Part shown: in pieces, positions 37,425 to 46,402 of the stretch
Position numbering within the stretch: the stretch's first letter is position 1
Layout of the letters: each line of letters opens with the position of its first letter
Virus record (IMG/VR): IMGVR_UViG_3300020580_000001
Span: 18,781-82,780 of that record
Strand: one strand, 5' to 3'
DNA from: a virus
DNA length: 64,000 bases
Notes under the pieces: generated by a model
Told to the model about the DNA's origin: nothing
Database searches by the model: none
Seen by the model: only the letters and a program-made list of their open reading frames with translations
Program-made: the position numbers and the translations under genes

Positions 37425-38363
37425 TTATCCGAGTGTGTGAGTTGACATTTTAATCAACCCGCCCGCTGGGCCTTGTGAGCGCGCACGCCATTTCGTCTGA
37501 TATGACAGCGCAGCCGTAATAGTTGTCGAGGAGACAACAGTGTTATTGCTGACGATATATGTCCCGAGACCGCCGGTACCAGTGCCTAGCGCGGAGATAT
37601 AAGTGCCGGCAACAACACTTGCGCCTGAAAGCACGTCGCCGGCGCCGAACAGCCCGACAAGTGCGGAAGCCGCCGTGAATGTGCCATAGGTTTCGGAAAT
37701 CGTCGTTGACGCCACGACCTGGTCGGGGATCGATACCGAATATGTACCGATGCCGCCTGCCGTTCCGGTGAGCTGCGCAACGACCATCGTGCCGGTGGCA
37801 ACTGCCGTTCCAGAGAGCGTACCGCCCGGAACAACTACGCCGGAACCTACTGCCGTAATCGTCATCACATTGCCGGCAATAGAGCCAGTAAATGATCCGG
37901 TCGACGCCGCTATCGAGCCGGTAGCACTTGCCGTTGCGCCGGCCGCGGCCGCCGCAAATGATATTCTGCCATCGGCATAATTCGCATAGGCGAACTGATC
38001 ATAAAGAGCTTCGGTCGTCCCATCGTTTTTGACCCAAACATCACCGCCGCTTATTAAGGTGACGCCAAACCCAGGGGGGATCAAGAAACTAGTTTCTGCG
38101 AGATAAATCGTGAGAAGGCCTTGCTGTTCACGATGGACGAACCCTGCTGGCTGACCATTGCCAAAGTTATTGACAATCATCGGAGTTTCGTTTGGATCTA
38201 GTGGCGATGGCTGAAGCCAGGCAAACCTGCCAATGGTAAGGCCGGCCGCCCCGGTTACGAGTCCACCTGGACCAGCCGGAACAAACATCCGAACATTAGA
38301 GCTTGCCCAATCACCCGGGACAGCCGGTGCCGGAACAGTTGCAACAGAAGTTTGGAAAGGCAT
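37425..38363 (-). CDS. capsid cement/decoration protein with inserted Gly/Thr-rich repeats
   Basis: FQT.V...PAPAV.GD.AS.N, G..IGRFAW, GFVHREQQ; two GT.I...LTGT.GG.GTY repeats. Confidence 0.75.
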   Translation of the reverse strand: MPFQTSVATVPAPAVPGDWASSNVRMFVPAGPGGLVTGAAGLTIGRFAWLQPSPLDPNETPMIVNNFGNGQPAGFVHREQQGLLTIYLAETSFLIPPGFGVTLISGGDVWVKNDGTTEALYDQFAYANYADGRISFAAAAAGATASATGSIAASTGSFTGSIAGNVMTITAVGSGVVVPGGTLSGTAVATGTMVVAQLTGTAGGIGTYSVSIPDQVVASTTISETYGTFTAASALVGLFGAGDVLSGASVVAGTYISALGTGTGGLGTYIVSNNTVVSSTTITAALSYQTKWRARSQGPAGGLIKMSTHTLG

Positions 38364-38430
38364 AATACTTGATCTCCTTTAGCAATTATGCTAGTGTTTT
38401 TAGAGAGATTGATACAGATGGGAAACGCGA

Positions 38431-38703
38431 ATGAACCGGGCTGATCATAAACATATCGCAGATATGCTGAAGCATATCTTAGACAAGAAATTGAAGAATC
38501 TTACTGTCTCAGATAAGAAATGGCTTGATGCTGCATCGAACGCCATGGTTGCACTTATGAATGAAGATGCCGAATCGGCAATTACCATTCTCAGTTCAAT
38601 TGGAGAACATGAGGCTGCCGATTTTATTAGAATGAATGGATGTAACATCGCAAAGTTCATGGCTAATAGCCGTTCATTTCGCAATGTAACATCAAGCCAT
38701 TGA
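38431..38703 (+). CDS. hypothetical protein, opposite-strand insert
   Basis: 90-aa ORF between the DUF2213 and cement genes. Confidence 0.55.
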   Translation: MNRADHKHIADMLKHILDKKLKNLTVSDKKWLDAASNAMVALMNEDAESAITILSSIGEHEAADFIRMNGCNIAKFMANSRSFRNVTSSH

Positions 38704-40215
38704 TTACATTATTCGAATGCGAGCTGCATCTGGGAACATTTCGGAAAAGCTCTTTACCCCTGCAGCATCCATAGCAACCCTCGGCTTTGACTTAGGATCG
38801 GATGCTTTCGGCTGCATTTCCAAGATAGTTTTGAGCGCGATAAGCTCATTGATGCCTTCGGTTTTGATCCCCATGGCGTCAAGAGCGGTGCGGTAAACTT
38901 CATCCGCGCTATCATGCGCCATCGCGAGGTCGCCAACATAGGGGCGAACCGCGCGCTCGGCATCGCGAATATCTTTCTGTGTTTTGATTGCTGACGCCGT
39001 TGCTGCTCTCACAGCCGATGCAATTGCCGCATCCATTGCCGGCTTTGTCACAAGATCGTCAGGCTCGCCATCCTTGGCGCCTTTCTTTTTGTCCTTGGCC
39101 TTACCCTTTGGTTCTTGCTCTTCCTCGTCCTTATCGTCTCCCTTGTCATCATCAAGATCAGCATCTTTTGCGGACTTCTTTTTGTCCTTAGCCTTTTTCT
39201 TGTCGTCCTCGTCCTCGTCGTCCCACTCGTCCTCGCCCTTGGCCTTATCTTTGTCCTTATCTGGCCATTCGTCCTCGGCAATGCTAAGCGCATCGATCGA
39301 ATCGAGAAGTGAGCCGGCGTCATCTAGGGACGCATCCTGAGCGAGCTTTCCTTTAGTCCGCTCTGTCAGCGCCGTAATGATGCTCGGCTTGCTGTCCTTG
39401 AAATTGTCTTTAGTGATCTTTGCAAGAATTGGCGTAAGATCAATCTTTGCATCCTGTGCCAGCTTTGGCCGCAGATAAACAAGCAACGCGCCTTGGGCCA
39501 CTGCGGCCTTGCGGCTCAATACGGTCTTTGACATGATTATTTCTCCATTGGAATCGCCGACAACGACATCGGGACCGGCGCGCCCCTCAGCAACCAACGC
39601 AACATGGTTGGCTTGAATTTCTCGCATAACGCCATCATAAGCCTGCCCTTGATAAACACCGGGCGTCATATCGGCTTTATAGCGATAGCCACATGACAGC
39701 TCTTGCTTCGAGCCATCTTCGATTGCATCAATGGCCTTGCCGGGCCACACAACCAGCTCGGCTTTTAAAAATGGCGCATCGAATACCGGATTATAAACGG
39801 CACCGACAACCGTATTATAAGCATGATCTTCGGCATCTACCGGGCGATGCTGGAATAACAGCGGCTTGCCATCGAATGTGTCGACAGCCTTTTTTAATTC
39901 CTCCGGATCGCGGAGCAGATGATAGATTCGATCGCCATCGAGACCGAGCTCTTTCCAGTCCGGGATTTCACGGCCGAGGTATGGATTAACCGTGGCTTTA
40001 GAGATATTGCTTTCGGCAATGTGGAGATGGCCATCCTGGTCGACGGTGCGAACGGATGCCTTGTCTAGCGCTAGAGCGTCATCTCCCGTGTATCCATTAG
40101 CATGCGCTGCCGCGGCCTGCTTCTCAGCATCCGCGCGATCAGCATAGCATTTGCCGGAATCGCCCCATTGCCAACCATCACTACCACTCGGGAGTTTGCA
40201 TTGTTTGATGGGCAT
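38704..40215 (-). CDS. DUF2213 prohead protease/scaffold protein
   Basis: R..D.DG.L.....ISKA.VNPY.G.EIP, ELS.GY.Y......G...G..YD...R.I..NHVALV..GRAG; acidic/basic scaffold region. Confidence 0.9.
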   Translation of the reverse strand: MPIKQCKLPSGSDGWQWGDSGKCYADRADAEKQAAAAHANGYTGDDALALDKASVRTVDQDGHLHIAESNISKATVNPYLGREIPDWKELGLDGDRIYHLLRDPEELKKAVDTFDGKPLLFQHRPVDAEDHAYNTVVGAVYNPVFDAPFLKAELVVWPGKAIDAIEDGSKQELSCGYRYKADMTPGVYQGQAYDGVMREIQANHVALVAEGRAGPDVVVGDSNGEIIMSKTVLSRKAAVAQGALLVYLRPKLAQDAKIDLTPILAKITKDNFKDSKPSIITALTERTKGKLAQDASLDDAGSLLDSIDALSIAEDEWPDKDKDKAKGEDEWDDEDEDDKKKAKDKKKSAKDADLDDDKGDDKDEEEQEPKGKAKDKKKGAKDGEPDDLVTKPAMDAAIASAVRAATASAIKTQKDIRDAERAVRPYVGDLAMAHDSADEVYRTALDAMGIKTEGINELIALKTILEMQPKASDPKSKPRVAMDAAGVKSFSEMFPDAARIRIM

Positions 40216-40221
40216 AATTGC

Positions 40222-40989
40222 TTAATCCGACCCAATAACAACCAATGGAACGCATCGGCAATTCGGCAGCGCCCCCGCGTGCCCTGTCATATTATCCAGC
40301 GTAGGCGGATTATCCCATCGCACGAATTTGCCTTCCATTTTCTTGTGAGAAGGCCGTACATCGCTATCCCGCACGGTCGCCCAGGTATACCCCTCGGAGC
40401 CAACAAACTGCGCCCTTGCCTGCGTGAGCGCGGTTGCGGTACGGCCTACCTCAGTCCTCGCGATCAGCGTTGCCCGACTTTTGCTAACTTCGCCAGTTCG
40501 CATGATCTCGGCGGCGATGTCCTTTGCTCGCGTGCCTTGCTGGATGCCCTCTATAGTGAGCTCATGCACCCGCTGCGCGGCATCCAATGGCAGGCTTTTG
40601 ATTAAATGAACCTGCTCTTGAAGAAGCTGCTGCATTGTGGCACCGATAGGAGCATATTCGATTTCCTGATGCAGCGCGCGGCCCATCTGAGCCGATACCT
40701 CACGCCACGTTTGCTTATCGCGAGCCGCGACTTCCGTGATCATCCGATTCGCAACCGCGCGCGCCCAAGGCTCGATTAGCTGCGCATAGCGATCAAGCGC
40801 CGCATGCATTTGAATCCATCCGTCACTTGTCGATGGATCAAAGCCGCGAACAATGTCTCCGATATGCGAGGCTATTTTGCGAAGCCGGATTGCAAATTGT
40901 GTTTCCGCTTTCCGCGCCCGCATAAACGCGGCCTTTAATGGCGGGATATCACGGCGACGTTTATTGAACCCAGTATTGTGAACGTTCAT
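40222..40989 (-). CDS. head morphogenesis protein (SPP1 gp7/Mu F family)
   Basis: RA.LIARTEV.R, Y.W.T..D..VRPSH..MEG....W..PP, G..PNCRC. Confidence 0.9.
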   Translation of the reverse strand: MNVHNTGFNKRRRDIPPLKAAFMRARKAETQFAIRLRKIASHIGDIVRGFDPSTSDGWIQMHAALDRYAQLIEPWARAVANRMITEVAARDKQTWREVSAQMGRALHQEIEYAPIGATMQQLLQEQVHLIKSLPLDAAQRVHELTIEGIQQGTRAKDIAAEIMRTGEVSKSRATLIARTEVGRTATALTQARAQFVGSEGYTWATVRDSDVRPSHKKMEGKFVRWDNPPTLDNMTGHAGALPNCRCVPLVVIGSD

Positions 40990-41459
40990 TAAGCCTGCGT
41001 ATAATTAATAACAAGCATTCCGGCACCAACTGCGGTTGGTGTGGTACTTTGCGCAATCCTGATAAATACATTAGGTGTTCCGACCGGCATGGCAAGCAGT
41101 GCAGCAGCCGCAGCATTTACCAATGTCAATTGAACAATTCCAATTGAGGCTATAGAAGTAGCAGCCACATATTGCGCACCACCTTGCGCGCTGCCAATAG
41201 AGATGTTAGCGGTTGTTCCGGTATATGCCGTAGTCGTATAAACGGCGATCGACTCAATCGTAGCGCCGGCCGGAACCGACATAGTAAAATCCGTATTGGT
41301 CACGGCCGTAACCGGCAGACTCAATCTCTGGATAAAATCAGTCTTCCCGGCAATGCCGCTAGCCGAATCTATTAGACCGCCACCATCAACGCCAATACTA
41401 GCAAATACCGGATTTGTCACATTGCCGAGGTTCGGATCCCATATCGTATTCATAATCAT
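40989..41459 (-). CDS. putative capsid decoration protein
   Basis: Beta-rich VPAGA.I..I.V....A..G.....ISIG pattern in the head module. Confidence 0.55.
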   Translation of the reverse strand: MIMNTIWDPNLGNVTNPVFASIGVDGGGLIDSASGIAGKTDFIQRLSLPVTAVTNTDFTMSVPAGATIESIAVYTTTAYTGTTANISIGSAQGGAQYVAATSIASIGIVQLTLVNAAAAALLAMPVGTPNVFIRIAQSTTPTAVGAGMLVINYTQA

Positions 41460-41472
41460 TATATTTTATTCC

Positions 41473-41712
41473 TTATTTAGAAACCACGACTTCGCCGGTT
41501 CCGATTACCCAAAGATGACTTACAGTGGCAGTTGAATATGGGCCAAAATCAGGATTGATGCGAAATCCGAATGTTGGCGACAAGCCAGGCTTAACATCGG
41601 CAATCGCGAATAGGTTGTTAGCCTCGCCTGATTCAACCGCAAGAAATGGCCCAGCCCCCAAATCAGTCCAATCGGTTATCGCTGCCTGAACGAGCGTTGT
41701 CGCAACAGCCAT
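41473..41712 (-). CDS. phage hypothetical protein
   Basis: 79-aa ORF directly after the portal. Confidence 0.55.
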   Translation of the reverse strand: MAVATTLVQAAITDWTDLGAGPFLAVESGEANNLFAIADVKPGLSPTFGFRINPDFGPYSTATVSHLWVIGTGEVVVSK

Positions 41713-41714
41713 GT

Positions 41715-43475
41715 TTAATCCTCACCACCATTGCCGGCTGATTTATTTACATTAGCTTCAAGATTGCCGCTTCCACTACCTGGTGGCTTCATCTTGAGTT
41801 CCGCCTCTGCTTGCATCATATCCATTTCGCTTGGCGGCGGAGGTTCTGCCTCGGCCTCCTCGATATCCTCGGGCGTGATAGTCGTAAAAATACCAGACTC
41901 CTTCGAGGATTCAAGAAGCTCCTTCAAGCCCTGAGCATGACTGATCAAACCGGCCGTAAACGCCTCGACTACCGCCGTAGTCGCCTTAGCCCCATATTCA
42001 ACCTTCTTATCCGGAGCGCCCGGCTCATCACTCAAGTTCAGCCCGGCATAAGGCGTGTCTGGATCGCCCGCAACCCGCTGGCGTGCCTCCGATGGCGCTA
42101 TAACCCCAGTAGCAATATGAACCTGATCTGTCTCCGCCTCAATCTTTTGCTTCTCGGCAAGAGCCTTCTCGTCGAGTGACCAAAGCGGCTCATATTCAAA
42201 GGTGATATCTGGATCTACCGAGCCGAATTCATTGAGTTGTATAAACCCTAGAACTGTTGTTATTTTCGATGAGAATAGCAATTCCTGATAGGAATGAATC
42301 CAGTCATAGAACGATCTGATTTCGTCTTCCGATGACGCATTAAGCCCGGATGGCGTGATGCCTGTATATTTAATTAATGGAAGTCCACTAGTACTGCATA
42401 TATGCTCTTGTGACTGGGCCTGCAAATGATCAAGCGTACCTAACGGCGTCGAGACGTTAAAGAACTCTTCACCGTCTACGCCGGCCTGATTGTTTAGAAC
42501 CATCAAGCCTTTGTTATCACGCAAATTGTTAAATAGTTGGACTCGCCTATGTAGGCTAGTTGCAGAGTCCGGATTGGCATTCAATTGATCCGTAAGATTG
42601 GTTGTTATACCACTCACAGAAAACGAATGAATAAGATCCTCTACGCTTCGTTTGGTTCTAAGCCAACTCTCGACTGTCGGCATTACCATTTGCGATAGAG
42701 AGAGACCGCCAAATGAATAAGCTGGCTTGAGAAGATCAGGAACCTCGCGGCCAATAAATGTTAATAACCTAGATTTGTGAATTTCCTTCCCCATAACGAA
42801 CCATGAGGCGGGATTATACCAATCGTCGCTTAGCGGGTCCTGGGCATTGTAATTCATCGGATAGCACCAGACCGCCTCGACAGCCTTAAACCCTTTCAGC
42901 CCTCCTTTGCCTACTTTCGCCGCGCTAACCTTATCGTGCCCATCTCCGATCGGTGTCTTAAGCTCATCAGGATCATCGGTTGTCCCAAGATCGATATATA
43001 TATGCCCGCGGCCAAATTCACCATCCGCCTGGGCCGCCTCACGAAAGATATCCCGAATGCGAAATTTCTTGAATGCTGCTTCTATCTTTGATATTTTATC
43101 GGTTTTGTCCGCATCTCCGACGGCTTGAAAGCGAATCCACTTCCGCGTCATCTCCGTTGCGATGGTTTCGGAAATACGGCGATATTCAGGACGCTGGGCA
43201 AGCAGCGCTAGTTCCGGATATCCGATAAAATGATCGGCACCTCCGGCATACATCGATGTCGTTAAAGCCGATCCAGCCCACGACATGGAGCCAGACAAGG
43301 CATCGTCCATCGCCATGCCGCGACCAGATGGCGCTACACCAGGAGGATGCTCCGGCACAGTAAATGGTTGAATTGATCTTCGTTGCGGCCCAGACGAAAA
43401 TGCAAGAACTGAATCACTAATAACAGCGGTTTGTACCGGTAGACTTTTGCGCCGGCTAGTTACAGCTCCTTTCAT
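41715..43475 (-). CDS. portal protein (DUF1073 family)
   Basis: F.GYP.LA.LAQ.PEYR, EMTRKWI, IH.SRL..F.G..VPD.LKP.Y.FGGLS, P..K..GI.P.GLNASSE. Confidence 0.9.
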   Translation of the reverse strand: MKGAVTSRRKSLPVQTAVISDSVLAFSSGPQRRSIQPFTVPEHPPGVAPSGRGMAMDDALSGSMSWAGSALTTSMYAGGADHFIGYPELALLAQRPEYRRISETIATEMTRKWIRFQAVGDADKTDKISKIEAAFKKFRIRDIFREAAQADGEFGRGHIYIDLGTTDDPDELKTPIGDGHDKVSAAKVGKGGLKGFKAVEAVWCYPMNYNAQDPLSDDWYNPASWFVMGKEIHKSRLLTFIGREVPDLLKPAYSFGGLSLSQMVMPTVESWLRTKRSVEDLIHSFSVSGITTNLTDQLNANPDSATSLHRRVQLFNNLRDNKGLMVLNNQAGVDGEEFFNVSTPLGTLDHLQAQSQEHICSTSGLPLIKYTGITPSGLNASSEDEIRSFYDWIHSYQELLFSSKITTVLGFIQLNEFGSVDPDITFEYEPLWSLDEKALAEKQKIEAETDQVHIATGVIAPSEARQRVAGDPDTPYAGLNLSDEPGAPDKKVEYGAKATTAVVEAFTAGLISHAQGLKELLESSKESGIFTTITPEDIEEAEAEPPPPSEMDMMQAEAELKMKPPGSGSGNLEANVNKSAGNGGED

Positions 43476-43484
43476 TACCCCGGC

Positions 43485-43700
43485 CTATCTTTTGAGCTTT
43501 TTCCACACAATAAAAAAGCATACCGAAAAGGTAGCGACGGCGACAGCGATAAGCCAAGGAAACAGTCTTTCCTCGTTGCCTGGGAAAAAGAATATGACGA
43601 CTAATCCCGCAATCCAGAAAGCCAAGCCAAGAACGAAGGGCCAGGCGCGCAGAGGCAAGCCAAAAATTCTTACCACCTTCGGCCACTCATAGCCGACCAC
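43485..43700 (-). CDS. small two-TM membrane protein between terminase and portal
   Basis: Two hydrophobic segments. Confidence 0.45.
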   Translation of the reverse strand: MVGYEWPKVVRIFGLPLRAWPFVLGLAFWIAGLVVIFFFPGNEERLFPWLIAVAVATFSVCFFIVWKKLKR

Positions 43701-44932
43701 CGTAGCACATCATCACTAATCACGATCGGACGCGATGCATGTGCTTTATGCTGCACGGCAAGCGCCAATGCACACACACAGTCGTCGTGGAATCCCTCAG
43801 GAGCCGTATAGCGACAACCTGTCCGAGTATATTCATACTCGAAATTTTCCAATTCCATCCGAATCGGGCCGTCCGGAAATGTTACTTCCCGTTTTTGAAT
43901 TGCAACAGCAAGGCCTTCCATTAGCTTTTGCTTGGAGGCGGAATTAAAGTTATACCCTTCAAATCTTGTGCCTGGGCGTTTTTGCAGCATCTCAACAATT
44001 GGGTCGCCGACTCCGGTCGAATCAACAAGTGCTGGCGTTGATCCGGTTGCGGCGATGATTTGCTCCATAGTGTTGTCCCATGGTCCTTGAAATCTATGGA
44101 AACGACACACACGCCCATATTCATCAAGAGCAATCCCCACGGTCCAATCGATATGCTTCGCAAGATCCCAGCCCCAAACTACCGGATTCGTCAGTGCCAA
44201 TGGTTCGAGACATCTCGCTATCGCCGCAAGCCCGAATGGGTTGCCGCCGTCGTCCGAAGGTTCGGCAAGATATAGTTCACGAAATACCGCATCCGGGAGA
44301 ATGCGGCGCGCGTCCTCGACCTCTTCATCGGCGAGCACACCCGCATCAACCGCATCAGCCGCGATCAGCTTATGATAACTCAGCCCCGCCTCACCAGCCT
44401 CGGCACGTCGACAAAGCGCATAAAACCAGTTCTTGCGGCCCTTGACATTGCCTATAATGCGAGCCGGACCTCGCGTCGCGGTAAGCGTCGAGCGCAGCGC
44501 ATGCCAGGCCTCCTCGCGCATACGAGAGGCTTCATCAATGACAGCCGCAAAAACGTCCTCGCCATAAAGCCCGTCTGGTTTTTCGCCAGACTTGAAAGTG
44601 ATAATAGCCCCATTCATCAATACTATAGATGGAGGGACTTCAACACTTGTATAAAGATCTCTTGGGATTGCCAATTTCATACGCCGAAAGGCAATTTGTG
44701 CCTGCCCGAACACGGGCGCAATCCACCAATAGTTCTGACCAGATTTCCCCTTCAATGCCTGCTCGAACAGCCATGCTATACAGCCGACGGTTTTGCCTGT
44801 CTTGGTCGACGCCTCCGTTAATGAATAACGGGCCGGGCTCCCAAGCGCGTCCACCGGCTGAAATATAGCAGCAAATTGTTTTCCATAAAGCGGCGGCCGC
44901 TCATAATGCCACGAATCACCCTTGCTCTGCAT
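43670..44932 (-). CDS. terL: terminase large subunit
   Basis: Walker A ASTKTGKT, Walker B AAVIDEA, nuclease GWDLAK and HDD.V.ALALA. Confidence 0.9.
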   Translation of the reverse strand: MQSKGDSWHYERPPLYGKQFAAIFQPVDALGSPARYSLTEASTKTGKTVGCIAWLFEQALKGKSGQNYWWIAPVFGQAQIAFRRMKLAIPRDLYTSVEVPPSIVLMNGAIITFKSGEKPDGLYGEDVFAAVIDEASRMREEAWHALRSTLTATRGPARIIGNVKGRKNWFYALCRRAEAGEAGLSYHKLIAADAVDAGVLADEEVEDARRILPDAVFRELYLAEPSDDGGNPFGLAAIARCLEPLALTNPVVWGWDLAKHIDWTVGIALDEYGRVCRFHRFQGPWDNTMEQIIAATGSTPALVDSTGVGDPIVEMLQKRPGTRFEGYNFNSASKQKLMEGLAVAIQKREVTFPDGPIRMELENFEYEYTRTGCRYTAPEGFHDDCVCALALAVQHKAHASRPIVISDDVLRWSAMSGRRW

Positions 44933-45404
44933 GCTCTATTAGTCTCGTCTCCTGACCGTTGAGCTTAGCATTCCCAATGGTAATTGTAAAGGTCCGATTA
45001 TCCTGAATATTGTTCGTCGGAGATTGGTCACGCCATATTTCCGGGCGCCTATTCTTCAGCCAGAAAAAGCAAGACACAGGATCCGGAGGAACATGCTCGC
45101 GATATGGAACGGTAACCGTTCCCTTTGGGCCATTGAATATCTTAACCGCATCAAATGTATAGCCACAGGCTCTTTGATATAAACTGCGCTGCACACGACC
45201 GTCGGCAAATTCTTTCTCAACTTTATTTATGGCTAGTAAAAAATCTTGATGTTCCACCTTCCAATTCCAAATCGTTTTAATCGACACATCAAAAAAATCT
45301 GCTAACTCCGCATCCGTGGCTCCCATATAGCAAAGCTTTAATGCCTGCTTTGCATATTCGGGTTTATATTTGCTTGGCCGGCCTACAGGATTTGTCATTG
45401 ACAT
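44916..45404 (-). CDS. terS: terminase small subunit
   Basis: GRPSKYKPEY, GATD.ELADFF.V...TI.NW, V..SLY.RA.GY, PPD.....FWLKNR.P..WRD. Confidence 0.9.
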   Translation of the reverse strand: MSMTNPVGRPSKYKPEYAKQALKLCYMGATDAELADFFDVSIKTIWNWKVEHQDFLLAINKVEKEFADGRVQRSLYQRACGYTFDAVKIFNGPKGTVTVPYREHVPPDPVSCFFWLKNRRPEIWRDQSPTNNIQDNRTFTITIGNAKLNGQETRLIEHAEQG

Positions 45405-45472
45405 TCTCGGACGAACATATTATCTAGCTCGCTTCACAATTCCCTAACATCAGCACAAGGAGTGAATACGTT

Positions 45473-45991
45473 ATGCCTACGGTACAAGATATGCTCGATC
45501 AAGCCTTTCAGGCCGGTCGAGATGCCGAACGTAAGATGGCTGCAATTGCAGCTTCTGGCGCCGTGACTTTCTCTAGCGAAAAACCTTCACCCACGCAAGT
45601 GGTGATCGCAAATGCGCCGAGCGGCAACGGCGCCCGCAAGCGTGGGCGCGTCAAAACCGAACTTACTGAAACCGTCAGCTATGATCCACCGCTAAAGCCA
45701 GCCAAGACCACCATCGTCGCCCGTGGCGTCAAGAAAGCCGGCGCGCCCCGCACAAAAGGCGTTAAAAGTGCGATCATATCTCTAATTGGCGAACAGCAAG
45801 ACGGAGCAACCACCGCCGATATCATTGCTAAGCTGGGATTTAAAGCAACCTCCGTCAATGCAACTCTAATGAGCCTGAAGAAAAAAGGCCTCGCTGCACA
45901 GGATGGAAAGGTTTGGTTTCTCACCGCATCAGCCACCAAATCTAGTGACAGCAACTCCGAAACTGAGGCTAGCGCCGATTACGGCTTTTGA
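45473..45991 (+). CDS. basic protein with a C-terminal winged-helix-like domain (moron)
   Basis: SD AAGGAG; I..LI....DG.T..DI...LG.....VNATL..LKK.G......VW. Confidence 0.65.
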   Translation: MPTVQDMLDQAFQAGRDAERKMAAIAASGAVTFSSEKPSPTQVVIANAPSGNGARKRGRVKTELTETVSYDPPLKPAKTTIVARGVKKAGAPRTKGVKSAIISLIGEQQDGATTADIIAKLGFKATSVNATLMSLKKKGLAAQDGKVWFLTASATKSSDSNSETEASADYGF

Positions 45992-46017
45992 AACTCGAGT
46001 AACCTAAACAACAGCGA

Positions 46018-46049
46018 GGCGCGTGAAGTTTTGTTTTAAATCACGCGCC
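46018..46049. terminator. hairpin between convergent genes
   Basis: GGCGCGTGA / TCACGCGCC 9-bp inverted repeat. Confidence 0.5.
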
Positions 46050-46077
46050 GCGCCTTAAATATAAATACTTGCTAGCT

Positions 46078-46392
46078 TTAGGTAATTGTAACACACATTT
46101 GATGCGCATTAGTGGTTAAAATCTGCCCTGTACTCGTTGTTACAGTTGCGAGGACATCGTATGTTACGCCGGCCTGATAAGTGCCGACTTGCTGCAATAC
46201 GATTGTTCCGGATATTGTCGTCGGTCCTATTAGCCTTAAGGACGGAGTCGAGTCGGTTCCAGATACAACGGTTATTGATGTTGTCGCGGTTGAGATTGTT
46301 TCCCCTGTCGCGAGCGATGGCGAAAAATCAAACGAAAGCGTGACTTGCTCATTTGAATATATTGGCGAGAAATCCAGGGCGGCTCTGGGCAT
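46078..46392 (-). CDS. fibre-tail adaptor-like protein
   Basis: FDFS..L..GETIS.A, G.TY......TTS.G..L. Confidence 0.65.
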   Translation of the reverse strand: MPRAALDFSPIYSNEQVTLSFDFSPSLATGETISTATTSITVVSGTDSTPSLRLIGPTTISGTIVLQQVGTYQAGVTYDVLATVTTSTGQILTTNAHQMCVTIT

Positions 46393-46402
46393 TCGCCATG
46401 TC

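Noticed and set aside
41715-43475. Anti-CBASS Acb1 annotation
   Set aside because: Position and motifs fit a DUF1073 portal; no HxT phosphoesterase pair is evident in the C-terminal extension
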